A stretch of DNA of 64,000 bases from Candidatus Omnitrophota bacterium (GTDB lineage Bacteria > Omnitrophota > Omnitrophia > Omnitrophales > JACROU01), in assembly GCA_029261035.1 (NCBI GenBank), contig JAJDCD010000023.1, forward strand, positions 38,501 to 102,500. The letters are read 5' to 3'. The notes beneath the pieces were generated by a model, which did not search any database, was not told where the DNA came from, and was given only the letters and a program-made list of their open reading frames with translations. Each line of letters begins with the position of its first letter. Position 1 is the stretch's first letter. The position numbers and the translations under genes were made by a program. Below, in pieces: positions 17,989 to 28,700 of the stretch.

Positions 17989-19080
17989 ATGAGTGTCGTA
18001 TTTATCCAATCAACATTACAACTTGTAGCCGTCTTCGCTTTTTTTATGGGAGTTCTGTCTTTGGCAGGGCTTCTAACTTGGGTTGAGAGAAAGCAAAGTG
18101 CCGTTATGCAAGATCGTATTGGAGCTAACCGAGCGGAGATTTTTGGATTTCGTTTTTTTGGTTTATTTCATATTATTGCAGATGCGATTAAGATGTTAAC
18201 CAAAGAGAGCTTTATTCCCGCAAAAGCAGATAAGTTTTTATATCAGCTTGCACCCATTATTTCTGTTTTTTTTGCCTTGATTACTTTTGCAGCGATTCCT
18301 TTCGGCAATGATCTGAAATTTGGAGAGTATGTCGTTCCTCTTCAAGGGCTTGATTTCAATGTGGGTCTTCTCTTTATTTTTGCGATGTTATCTATCGCGG
18401 TCTATGGAGTTATATTGGCCGGCTTTTCTTCGCAAAGTAACTTTTCTTTTTTAGGAGGTTTACGAGCAACCTCTCAGTTACTTGCTTACGAAATGGCCAT
18501 GGGAATTTCGATTATAGGCTTGGTTATGTGTTATGGATCTTTGAATTTAAATGAATTGGTTCATTCCCAGGGGGATTATTTGTGGGGTTGGTTACCAAAG
18601 TGGGGATTTTTTTTACAGCCTTTAGGCTTTATTATTTTTCTTATTGCAGGGATTGCAGAAAGTAAGCGAGTTCCTTTTGATATTCCAGAAGGAGAGTCTG
18701 AAATTGTAGGGTACTTTGTGGAATACAGTGGAATGCGATTCGGCTTATTTTTCTTAACAGATTTCTTGGAAACAATTTTAATTTCTTGTTTGGCGGCAGT
18801 TCTTTTTTTTGGCGGCTGGCAGGTTCCAGGGCTTTTTGAGGACGGTTTTCATTTTTGGAATGGGGTTGTCTGGAATTTACCTTCATTTGTAGTTACAATC
18901 ATTGGTGTTTTTGCTTTTATTTTTAAAATTGCTTTCTTTTGTTGGTTTTTAATGACGATTCGTTGGACATTGCCTCGATTCCGTTATGATCAATTGATGC
19001 ATTTGGGATGGAAAATTCTATTTCCACTCTCTATTGCAAATATTCTTATTACAGGAACCGTCATTCTTTTATTAAGCTAA
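17989..19080 (+). CDS. nuoH: NADH-quinone oxidoreductase subunit H
   Basis: 8-TM ND1 family protein with the conserved EGESE..GY..EYSG motif. Confidence 0.92.
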   Translation: MSVVFIQSTLQLVAVFAFFMGVLSLAGLLTWVERKQSAVMQDRIGANRAEIFGFRFFGLFHIIADAIKMLTKESFIPAKADKFLYQLAPIISVFFALITFAAIPFGNDLKFGEYVVPLQGLDFNVGLLFIFAMLSIAVYGVILAGFSSQSNFSFLGGLRATSQLLAYEMAMGISIIGLVMCYGSLNLNELVHSQGDYLWGWLPKWGFFLQPLGFIIFLIAGIAESKRVPFDIPEGESEIVGYFVEYSGMRFGLFFLTDFLETILISCLAAVLFFGGWQVPGLFEDGFHFWNGVVWNLPSFVVTIIGVFAFIFKIAFFCWFLMTIRWTLPRFRYDQLMHLGWKILFPLSIANILITGTVILLLS

Positions 19081-19117
19081 ATTAGCGCTAAAGAGAAAGT
19101 GTTAGACAGAGGACGTT

Positions 19118-19678
19118 ATGGCAACAATACAAGTTGAACGAAAAAAAATGAATTTGTTGGAGCGGATATATCTTCCGGAAATTATCCGAGGGTTTAGGAT
19201 TACAACATTTCACTTCTTTAGGAATCTTTTATTTCATCTGTTTCGAGCATTTGGATTTAAAAATTTCAAAGGTGCAGTTACGTTCCAATATCCAGAAGAA
19301 CAAAGGCCTTTGTCTGACCGTTTAAGAACGCGTCATCGTCTCATGCAAAGGGAAGATGGGTCTCCTCGTTGTGTGGCTTGTATGATGTGCGAAACCGTAT
19401 GTCCTGCTAAGTGTATCTACATTGAAGCTGCAGAACATCCAGATCCGAACATTGAAAAGATTCCTGCGAGTTTTGATATTGATTTAGGAAAATGTGTGTA
19501 TTGTGGTTTTTGTGTTGAAGCTTGTCCTGAAGATGCGATTCGTATGGATACTAAAATTTTAGATATCGCGTCATTAACGAGAGGCGGACTTTATTACACA
19601 ATGGAAGAACTTCTCCACCCAGAACAGCATGGCGCTAAAATAGAAGAAGCACGTAATAAGGTTCTCCCACCAAAGTAG
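19118..19678 (+). CDS. nuoI: NADH-quinone oxidoreductase subunit I (2x4Fe-4S)
   Basis: Two ferredoxin-type cysteine motifs, CVACMMCETVCP and CVYCGFCVEACP. Confidence 0.92.
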   Translation: MATIQVERKKMNLLERIYLPEIIRGFRITTFHFFRNLLFHLFRAFGFKNFKGAVTFQYPEEQRPLSDRLRTRHRLMQREDGSPRCVACMMCETVCPAKCIYIEAAEHPDPNIEKIPASFDIDLGKCVYCGFCVEACPEDAIRMDTKILDIASLTRGGLYYTMEELLHPEQHGAKIEEARNKVLPPK

Positions 19679-19752
19679 CCATCAATTGTTAGCTAAAAAC
19701 AAAACTATTATTCCAATAAATGTCATTGCGAAGCATAGACTAAAGAGTTGAA

Positions 19753-19791
19753 GCAATCTCGGATAAAAAGATTTCTTTTGCTTGAGATTGC
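19753..19791. terminator. Hairpin between convergent nuoI (+) and nuoN (-), a candidate bidirectional terminator
   Basis: gcaatctc...gagattgc 8-bp stem enclosing an inner aaaaga-tt-tctttt hairpin. It lies in the 200-bp gap where the two nuo half-operons converge. Confidence 0.4.
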
Positions 19792-19880
19792 CGCGGCTCA
19801 TTTGCTTGCACCTCCTGCCCAACAAGATGGCGGACAGGCGTAATGACAGGCTTTTAACGTATTTGCTGATATCTATTAGC

Positions 19881-21299
19881 TTAGAAAAGGCTTGTTGCAG
19901 CTTGCTGACATAAGTGAATAAATGGACCCGGAACAACTCCCAAGATAACTACGAAACCAACCGTTAAATAAAGAGAAATTTGAGTGGATAGAGGAATGTT
20001 AATAGGAGAAGTGTCTTTGGGTTTTTCAAGAAACATTTTTCCAACAATAGAAAGATAGTAATAAGCGCTTAAGATAGCCATAAAAATTCCAATCACAGCT
20101 AACCATAAAAAACCTTCATTAACAGCGCTGTACAGCACAAGTAGTTTTGCAACAAAGCCACTGGTGGGTGGGATGCCTGTTAAAGACAATAGAGAAACAA
20201 AAAGACATGTCGCAAGCATTGGAGACTTTTCTTTTAAGCCTTCATATTCGATGACACGATCATTTTCGGAATGATTTGCAAGTAATGAAAGCACAAAAAA
20301 AGCAGCTAAGTTTGTTGCGATTAAACTAAAGAGATAAAAAAGTACAAATCCTACTCCAATAGCATCGGAAGCTAAAAACCCCATTAGAATAAAGCCAGCA
20401 TGAGACATGCTTGAGAATCCAAACAACCTCTTAATATTTTTCTGTGGAATGGCTGCAAAGTTTGCGTAAACCAATGTAGCAGCGATGATGACCGCAAAAA
20501 TAATAGAAATCTGATTTTGGATTGGCAAAAAGATTTCATAGAAGATTCTCAAAAAAATTGTTATAGCGGCTGTTTTTGAAGCAATAGAAAAGAAGGCGGT
20601 AACAGGTGTTGGCGAACCTTCGTAAACATCTGGAGCCCAAACTTGAAAAGGAACAATGGCCATCTTAAATGTTAGAGAAATAAAGATAAAAAGAAAACCT
20701 ACAATGAGCAAAGTTTGATCGGATCCGCTAGAGAGCAAAGCATTTTTAATCGTTAGGATGTCTAAGCTAGCAGAACCTCCATAAATTAAACTCATCCCTA
20801 AGAGCCCAAAAGCAGTAGAGATAGCTCCAAATATTAAGTATTTGATACCTGCTTCAATCGATGCTCGTGCATGCTTTAGGTAAGAGGTCATGATATAACT
20901 GGAAAAAGTAATAATTTCGAGGCCAATAAAGATGAGTAAGAGGTTGGTGCTGGAGACACCGAAGCTCATGCCGATAATGGCGGCAATGAGAAGAAGATAA
21001 AACTCTCCTTGTCCGCCTACTAGTTTCGTTGCGTAGGTACGAATCATTAGAGATAGAAAAAAACCAATAATGAGAAATAAAACTTTTGCCAATTTAGAAA
21101 ATTCATCTTGAACATACATTCCTTCAAACAGGGATCCGGATTCGTTCCAAAAGAAAATTTGAGCAACTAAAGCTAAAAGAAAACCCAAAGCGGTTAGTAT
21201 GCCCAGAAGAGATCTTTTATTTTTAGACAGAAGTAAATCTGAAAATAGAACAATAAATAAGGTGGCAATGAGAAATATTTCAGTAATCATTAAAAACAT
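19881..21299 (-). CDS. nuoN: NADH-quinone oxidoreductase subunit N
   Basis: 472 aa, ~14 TM segments, ND2/NuoN antiporter-like family. Confidence 0.88.
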   Translation of the reverse strand: MFLMITEIFLIATLFIVLFSDLLLSKNKRSLLGILTALGFLLALVAQIFFWNESGSLFEGMYVQDEFSKLAKVLFLIIGFFLSLMIRTYATKLVGGQGEFYLLLIAAIIGMSFGVSSTNLLLIFIGLEIITFSSYIMTSYLKHARASIEAGIKYLIFGAISTAFGLLGMSLIYGGSASLDILTIKNALLSSGSDQTLLIVGFLFIFISLTFKMAIVPFQVWAPDVYEGSPTPVTAFFSIASKTAAITIFLRIFYEIFLPIQNQISIIFAVIIAATLVYANFAAIPQKNIKRLFGFSSMSHAGFILMGFLASDAIGVGFVLFYLFSLIATNLAAFFVLSLLANHSENDRVIEYEGLKEKSPMLATCLFVSLLSLTGIPPTSGFVAKLLVLYSAVNEGFLWLAVIGIFMAILSAYYYLSIVGKMFLEKPKDTSPINIPLSTQISLYLTVGFVVILGVVPGPFIHLCQQAATSLF

Positions 21300-21304
21300 A
21301 ATGC

Positions 21305-22813
21305 TTATATGAGCTCAGAATTTGTCTTAAGCTCTTCTCCTTTTTCTATGATCTTTAATTGTGTTAATCCATTTTCAAAATCTTTGAGTGCCAGCGTGGG
21401 ACAAAAACCAATTAAGAGCAAAAAGCCAATAAGAAGAAGGAACGGCACTTTACAAAAAAGACTTTTAACAGGTTCTTCTGTATTTTGGTGACTTTCTTTA
21501 ATGGGACCAAAGAAAATATTTCGAATTGCCCTAAACATATAAATTGCAGTTAATAGGACGCATATCAGAACTCCAATGGTCAGCCATTGATATTGATTCC
21601 AAACGGCAAATAAGATAACAAGTTCGCCTGCAAAGTTTGCAAACCCAGGAACGCTGGATGCGGCAAGTGCGGCTAAAGAGAAGCAGGTTGCGGTGAAAGG
21701 CCAATTAATTGCAAGCCCTCCTAAAGCATCAATCTGTGTTGTTCCCATTTTTCTTTCAACCAGTTCTGCAATCAGAAAGAGCAGTGCGACAAGCAACCCA
21801 TGAGAAAACATTACGAGCATAGCTCCTGCTGTACCTAAACTTGTAAAACAGGCGAGTCCAATAATAACAAAACCCATATGGCTTGAACTGGAATACCCAA
21901 TTAAATTTCTTAATTCTTTTTGCGCTAGAGCAATAAAACCGACGTAAACCAAATTCATCATAATCCACAAAGCAAGCCAAGGCATCCAAAGGGCTGCTGC
22001 ATCTGGCAACATAAGAAGTCCAAAGCGAATGAGCCCATAAGCACCTACTTTTTTAAGGACACCGGCAAGAAGCATACTTCCAGCGGTAGGAGCAGAAGAA
22101 TAACCAATAGGTCCCCACGCATGAAAAGGCCACACAGCAGAAAGAATTCCAAACCCGATTAAAAAGAAAGCGAAGAGCTTATGCTGAAGGGCTAAGCTTA
22201 AAGGGTTTGCTTGAAGATGTGCGCCGAGTTGAACCATATCCATTGTTTGAATGGCAGGTAAAAAATACAATCCGAGAAGGCCGACCAAAACAAATGCAGA
22301 AGCTAAAATCGCGTAGAGTGTAAATTGCATTGCTGCAAATTTTTTCTCTCCCCGACCCCAGTTGCTAATAAGAGGGTAAGAAACTAAAGCTTCAATTTCT
22401 AAAAAGAGAAAGAAGAAAAACAAATTAACAGATAAGAATGTGCCGTAAGCACCTAAAGTGAGTAAAAGGTATAAAAGGTAAAATCCTTTAGCGTCTTTTT
22501 GAATAGAGCTACACGCATATAGCCCAGCAAAGCTGACTAAAGAAGTTAAAACAATAAGCCAAACATTAATTCCATCGACCCCTAAGTGAAGATTGATTTC
22601 AGGGGTTTGAATCCATGATAATTGGGAGATGAATTGAAAGCTCGTGTTTGTTCTGTCTAATTTTAAAAGGACAAATAGAGCGAGTGCTAAACAAGCTGAG
22701 GAGCTAATCCAAGCTATGGTTTTGATTAGCTTCAATTGAGAAGAAGGGACTAAGGCCATTAAAGCCAGAGAAGCCATTGGGATTGCAATAAAGTAAAAAG
22801 ATAAATCAATCAT
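21305..22813 (-). CDS. nuoM: NADH-quinone oxidoreductase subunit M
   Basis: 502 aa, ND4/NuoM family. Confidence 0.88.
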   Translation of the reverse strand: MIDLSFYFIAIPMASLALMALVPSSQLKLIKTIAWISSSACLALALFVLLKLDRTNTSFQFISQLSWIQTPEINLHLGVDGINVWLIVLTSLVSFAGLYACSSIQKDAKGFYLLYLLLTLGAYGTFLSVNLFFFFLFLEIEALVSYPLISNWGRGEKKFAAMQFTLYAILASAFVLVGLLGLYFLPAIQTMDMVQLGAHLQANPLSLALQHKLFAFFLIGFGILSAVWPFHAWGPIGYSSAPTAGSMLLAGVLKKVGAYGLIRFGLLMLPDAAALWMPWLALWIMMNLVYVGFIALAQKELRNLIGYSSSSHMGFVIIGLACFTSLGTAGAMLVMFSHGLLVALLFLIAELVERKMGTTQIDALGGLAINWPFTATCFSLAALAASSVPGFANFAGELVILFAVWNQYQWLTIGVLICVLLTAIYMFRAIRNIFFGPIKESHQNTEEPVKSLFCKVPFLLLIGFLLLIGFCPTLALKDFENGLTQLKIIEKGEELKTNSELI

Positions 22814-22824
22814 AAAGAGTCTCG

Positions 22825-24687
22825 CTATAATTTAAATAAAATAACAACTAAAGTAAAAATAACTACAATTTGAACTGCAAGAATCAAAGCGTACGTTTGT
22901 ACATTGCCCGTTAATAATTTTCTAGAAACATTTCCTACTTGGTAAACAACGATCCCTGTCCAGTGACTGAGAGCTTTAATAGCAATCCACTCGTTTGTAA
23001 TATCGCAGAGGCGAGCAAAGGGTTGTTGGATTTTGGAAACGTAAAAATTATAAATTTCATCTATAAAATATTTTCTTTCAAATAGTGTGTAAAGAGGACC
23101 TAATCCTTTAGATAAAGGATCTTGAGATTGAGTTTTCCTCCCGTAAATTAAGTAGGAAGAAATAAGTCCGAATAAAATAACTCCTGTTGAAATGAGAGCG
23201 AGAAAATTTCCTTCAGTGCCATGATGAGATTCATGAGCAGCTCTTCCTAAGAGTTCTGGAATTCCAAAGAACCCTGCGAAGATGGAGAAAAAAGATAAAA
23301 CAATTAAAGGAAAGAGCAGAATAAAAGGAGATTCATGAATGTCGCTTGGTTTTCTTTGTGGGCCTAAAAAGGTGAGGCTAAAAACTCTCCCCATATAAAA
23401 CGAGGTTAGAAATGTTGTTCCTAAAACAACAATGAAAGCGAGCATGGAATGTCCATGCGCGAGTGTTAAGATTTCTTCTTTACTAAAAAACCCTGATGTT
23501 GGAAACAGACCGCAAAGAGCAAGAGTTCCGATTAAAAATGTGAGTGTGGTGATAGGCATCTTTTTTGAAAGGCCACCCATTTCAAATAAGTTCTGGGTAT
23601 GCACCGCATGAATGATACAGCCTGAGCCTAAGAATAAAAGGGCTTTAAAAAATCCATGTGTGAGCAGGTGATACATTCCCGAAACGGGTCCTGCGAGACC
23701 CATGGCGAGTACCATAAACCCGAGTTGACTCATCGTAGAGAATGCGAGCACACGTTTGATATCGCTTTGGCAAACCGCCATTGTTGCTGCTGTAATCGCT
23801 GAAAGACCCCCGATTATCGCAACAATAGTAAGTAATTCTTCAGAAATCGTAAAGATGAAAAAAGTTCTGGCTAGTAAATAAACACCTGCGGCAACCATGG
23901 TTGCCGCATGGATTAAAGCGCTGACGGGTGTGGGTCCTTCCATAGCGTCTGGCAACCAAACGTGTAATGGAAGTTGAGCGGACTTACCAATAACACCACA
24001 TAAAATAAGAAGTCCTGCTAAAAGAATAGCTCCAGAAGAGATGACGCCTAGTTGAACTTGAGTGGGAATACTTTGAGCGAGCCCTGCAAAGTCAACGGTT
24101 CTAGAAACTCCAGTTGGATCAGAAAGAAACCACAAAAATAAAATTCCTAATATAAAACCAAAATCACCAACGCGATTAACTAAAAAAGCTTTTTTACTGG
24201 CGTCAGCAGCACTGTCTTTTGAAAACCAAAAACCAATTAAAAGATAAGAAGCAAGCCCAACTAATTCCCAGAAAATAAAGGTTTGAACAAAATTATTAGA
24301 AAACACAATGCCGAGCATAGCCGATGCGAAAAGTGCTAAGTAAGCAAAAAATCGAGAGTAGCCTTTATCTTCTTCCATATAACCCATCGAGAAAATAAAA
24401 ATAAGACTTCCTACTCCAGAAACCAATAACCCCATCAAAATAGAGAGTTGATCGAACAGAAGCCCCAGTTCAAAGTGAAGCCCCATTATAGAAATCCAAG
24501 GAACGGATATAACTTGAGGAAAACTGCTTGGATTGGATTGCATTTGCATGAAGAGTTGAACAATCAATACGAACGGAATAAGAAGGCTACCCACAGAAAT
24601 CCATCCACACAGCTTTTTCCATCGAAACAGAAAAAGACTGATTAAAGCAAAGCCTATAAGTGGAGAAAGAATGATGAGTGAAGTCAT
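22825..24687 (-). CDS. nuoL: NADH-quinone oxidoreductase subunit L
   Basis: 620 aa, ND5/NuoL family. Confidence 0.9.
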   Translation of the reverse strand: MTSLIILSPLIGFALISLFLFRWKKLCGWISVGSLLIPFVLIVQLFMQMQSNPSSFPQVISVPWISIMGLHFELGLLFDQLSILMGLLVSGVGSLIFIFSMGYMEEDKGYSRFFAYLALFASAMLGIVFSNNFVQTFIFWELVGLASYLLIGFWFSKDSAADASKKAFLVNRVGDFGFILGILFLWFLSDPTGVSRTVDFAGLAQSIPTQVQLGVISSGAILLAGLLILCGVIGKSAQLPLHVWLPDAMEGPTPVSALIHAATMVAAGVYLLARTFFIFTISEELLTIVAIIGGLSAITAATMAVCQSDIKRVLAFSTMSQLGFMVLAMGLAGPVSGMYHLLTHGFFKALLFLGSGCIIHAVHTQNLFEMGGLSKKMPITTLTFLIGTLALCGLFPTSGFFSKEEILTLAHGHSMLAFIVVLGTTFLTSFYMGRVFSLTFLGPQRKPSDIHESPFILLFPLIVLSFFSIFAGFFGIPELLGRAAHESHHGTEGNFLALISTGVILFGLISSYLIYGRKTQSQDPLSKGLGPLYTLFERKYFIDEIYNFYVSKIQQPFARLCDITNEWIAIKALSHWTGIVVYQVGNVSRKLLTGNVQTYALILAVQIVVIFTLVVILFKL

Positions 24688-24989
24688 TATTGTTTTAAAT
24701 CCGTAAAGTCTGTTACATCGATTGTTTTTTGAGTTCTAAAAAGTAAAATACAAATAGCCAGTCCTATGGCAACTTCTCCGGCGGCAATGGCCATAGAGAA
24801 TAGGGTGACAATTTGGCCTTCCAAATTACCATGAGCTTGAGAGAAAACAACAAAACTTAAATTCACAGCATTAAATAAGAGTTCTATAGAAAGTAAAACT
24901 AAAATTGCATTTTTTCGTGTAAAAATGCCAATCAGACCAATGGCAAAGAGAACGAAAGCGACTGTTAAATAATGAGATAAAGGAATCAT
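24687..24989 (-). CDS. nuoK: NADH-quinone oxidoreductase subunit K
   Basis: 100 aa, 3 TM segments, ND4L family. Confidence 0.9.
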   Translation of the reverse strand: MIPLSHYLTVAFVLFAIGLIGIFTRKNAILVLLSIELLFNAVNLSFVVFSQAHGNLEGQIVTLFSMAIAAGEVAIGLAICILLFRTQKTIDVTDFTDLKQ

Positions 24990-25487
24990 TTACAAATCTT
25001 TCTTCGCTAAAACTACCGAGCCAATAATGGCTACGAGCAAAATTAAAGATAAAAGTTCAAATGGAAGTAAGTATTTTGAAAATAAGAGTTTTCCTAAGCT
25101 TTCAACGGTACCTTCAACTAATACGATGTTTTCAGACGTAGTTTCTTTGAAAGAACGAACCAACATAAAAAGTCCTGCAAGAGAAAGAATGCTCAGTCCA
25201 AGACTTAGGCCATAGCGAACCGGATTTTTCCAGAAAACAGGAGACTCATTGTTGTATCCAAGCAACATGAGTACAAATAGAAACAGGACTAAAATAGCGC
25301 CAGCATACAGAGTGATATGGATTATGGCGACGAAATAAGCCTTTAAAAGCAGAAAAAGGATAGCTAAAGAGAACATGCCTACAAGAAAGCTCAGCACGCA
25401 ATAAACGGGATTTCTTAAAGTTATCGCTAAAAGTGCCGAAAATAGCAGGATACTCGAAAATAAATAAAAGGATGTTGTTTCTAGCAT
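24990..25487 (-). CDS. nuoJ: NADH-quinone oxidoreductase subunit J
   Basis: 165 aa, ND6 family; carries the VLYAGAILVLFLFVLMLL motif. Confidence 0.88.
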   Translation of the reverse strand: MLETTSFYLFSSILLFSALLAITLRNPVYCVLSFLVGMFSLAILFLLLKAYFVAIIHITLYAGAILVLFLFVLMLLGYNNESPVFWKNPVRYGLSLGLSILSLAGLFMLVRSFKETTSENIVLVEGTVESLGKLLFSKYLLPFELLSLILLVAIIGSVVLAKKDL

Positions 25488-25700
25488 AGCCCTCTGAACC
25501 GGTAAATGGGTTAGGTAAAGTTGAGTATAATAACTTAAAATGCAGCTCCTGTAAAGATGTCCAAAAGGTTACTCCTTAGGGCAATTTTCCACTAAATTAT
25601 TCGCTAAAATCTGTTCTCATTGACACATAGAATAGAATATTAGCTTCACAAATTATTAAAGACTTTAACAAGTTTTTATAAACAAAATTTTGAGAGGTTT

Positions 25701-28700
25701 ATGAGGTTTTTTTTAGTATTTCAGCAACAATTGAGAGTCCTAACCTATTTCCTTATTCTTACCTTCGGACTCGACTCTATTTCCCTGGCCCATGCTCAAT
25801 CTGTTACTGCATCCGTGAACGTTGCACCGAGCATTGGGTTGGGGGATTATTCTTCTTTTCCAGATAATCTTGGAAATATCATTCAAAAAAACGAAATATC
25901 TAAAAATGCCTTTAATCTGATTCACTTACAAGACGCCCACGCTAATCCTGAAGCCCAAAAAAAAATTGCGGAACTCATTCGATACTTTTCAGAAGAACAA
26001 GGGTATAACACTGTTTTTGTTGAAGGAGCGTATGGGAGATTGGATAAACGTTATATTGAATTTACAGATGATTTTTCATTAAATCAAAAAATTGCAGAGC
26101 GCCTCACTGCTTTGGGAGAGTTTACAGCGCCGGACGTTTATTTATCAAAAAATAAAAAAAGCACCCTTCAATTTTTAGGAATCGAAGACCCCCAACTTTA
26201 CAGAAAAAATGTAACGCATTTAAAAAAGATATACCAATCTAGAGAAGAAATTGAAAGTTGGATTGAAGCAAAAAAATTAATATTGGATCGAAAAAACTCT
26301 CGTCTAAAAAACAAAAACCTTTTCTATTTATTTAAAACATTTTTAGAACTTTCTGAAAAAACGAACAATTTCAGCCGTCATTTAGTTCAATTAAATACGA
26401 TCTCCAAAAGAGAGTTGGGAAGAGACCTTCAGGATGCGAAAGAACAAATAGAATATCCTAATATTGTTCGATTTTTAAGACTCTTTAAAGAGCAAAAGCT
26501 GGACCGCGAAAAAGCTCGTGTGGAGTGGGAGGAAATAGTAAAAACAATCTCGAAACAAAAGCAGTTCTTAAAGAGAGCACCTTCTTTTAAAGAACTCAAC
26601 GATCTAAATGTTAGGGTTCTTCTAGAAACCTTAGTGGAGGAGCAGGGGGTTGATTTTAAAGGGTTTCCCATTTTTTCAAAGTACGCAAAGGCTCTTATTT
26701 ATCAACAAGAAATGGATGGGGCGGCTTTGTTTGCAGAGCTTAACACGTGGCTCTTATCATTAATCAATCATTTTAGTTTGGAAGCTCAAAGCAAGAATCT
26801 TTTCAAAGAAATTCAGCTTTTTATTTTAATTAAAAAACTTTTGAAGCTCGAGTTAAAAAGAGAAGAGTGGGGTCTGATTAAGGATGAAGAAATCAAAGAT
26901 AAAGAAGTGCAAAACTTAATTGATGAAGCGCTTCTTTTTTATAAAGCTGCTGAGAAAAGAGAACAACCCTTTTTGGAACAAATTCAGAATCAGATCAAAA
27001 ATAAAAAAATAAAAAAAGCAATTTTACTTACGGGAGGATTTCATACTCCTGCGTTATTGAAACATGCAAATGAAGATGGCTGGAATTCTGTGGTTATTGC
27101 TCCTCAGCTTACTTCAGCAGTGGATCAAGATGATTATTTCAAAAATTTTATGGGAAGAGACCCTAAAGACATTGATGTCTCACAAGTAGTAACTCAGCCT
27201 TATTCTATTTCTCCAGAAACGGCAGTTGCGCTTGGTGTCGATCTTGCTAATAGACAGCAATTAGTAAACACTATCACTAGAGAGTTTGTGAAGGCGAGTA
27301 GCCTTGGGGAAAGGAAAGAAATCCTTCCGGGGTTTTTTGAAGAACGCCCTCTTTTTATTCCTAAAGACGGTCGTATTTTACGTTCCAATGAGAGACTTTT
27401 ACTTCAAGCAGGAGACCACTATTTTTATGTTGATGAAAAAAGAGTTGTTCAGGTGGATTCGACTGGGAAAAAAATAAAGCAAATTAAAATTGCAAATAAG
27501 CCTTTAAAACGATGGGAACTCTCTGAAGGAAAGAAGATGGTTTCTCGATCGCATTGGGCGTCTAATGAGAAAGAATTTATATGGTTGAAACACTATTTTC
27601 AATGGCAGAGATTGGCTAAAAAGGTTTATTTGAACGACCCGGTACTTATTGGACAAGGAGTTACATCTAAAGTTTACTCAATGAACGTTGCTATGCCTCA
27701 AGACGGTGTTGTTAGAACCTTAATAGGCACAGAATTTGTGAAGAAAAAAGACAAGACGATAGGCAGAAAAAGGGATTATGGTTTAGTGGGATATGAGGTT
27801 CAAAAAGGAGATTTCCAAGATGAGCCTGTTCCTGTGGGGGCAGTTAGAAAGTTGATTATAAAGACAAGCTCATTTAGCACAAAACGCTCTATTGCTTATC
27901 AAGAACTGATTCGCGATCGATTTGCGAGTACTTTTATTGCAAAGACTGCAGAGTTGCCTTCGAGGCACCCTGTAGCGCATGAGTTAGGATTAGAGCAGTT
28001 TGGCCGCGAACGCATCTTGCTTCAAGAGCCTTTGATTCCTTTAAGCCAAATTTTAAGAGAAGCTCGTGGCTATGAGAGACAATATTGGGCTAATCAATTT
28101 GTTCGGAGAGTGGAGGATTTTTGGAAGAGAGGCTACGTAGACTTAGATGCCAGGACAGATAATTGGGGCGTTAACAGCGAGGGTAAGCTTGTGTTTCATG
28201 ACTTTGATTTCGTTATGAGCTTATCGGAGATGGATAAGGGAATTAAGGGTAAAAGAGAAGACAAGTTAACCGTGTTGAGTCGTAAAATTCAGTTTTTTGC
28301 TAATTTTATTATTAATAATGTGTCATTTTTATATTCTTTAGATCCTGAGTTGGCTAAGCACTTTTATGAGCGTGTTGTTCATATTTCTTTTGAGTTAGAA
28401 AATAAGCAGAAGCTTTATTTGTTTAATGATATTTTGTCTAACGCGGCCGGGACATCTAAGCAATTAAAAAACTGGGAACAGCATTGGAAACGTATTGAGG
28501 TATTTGCTAAGCAGCTGATTCAAGCACATGAAGAACAAGCTTCTAAAGAAAAGCGAAAAGAAATAGTGAAAGATGTTTTCAATTTTTTAAGAGCTTCAGT
28601 GAAGAAAAGGCAAGCATTGATGACTCAGGTTTTACGTTTAGTAGCTCCGGCTTCACAAAGCGAACTTAAAGGAGATCAAATTAGAAGGCAAAAAGGGCGC

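Noticed and set aside
19881-25487. Possibility that nuoJ-N on the minus strand is a mis-assembly
   Set aside because: This cannot be excluded without reads. It is kept as a finding rather than dismissed, because both junctions are ordinary unique sequence and a divergent intergenic region with a plausible promoter context exists at 25488..25700.
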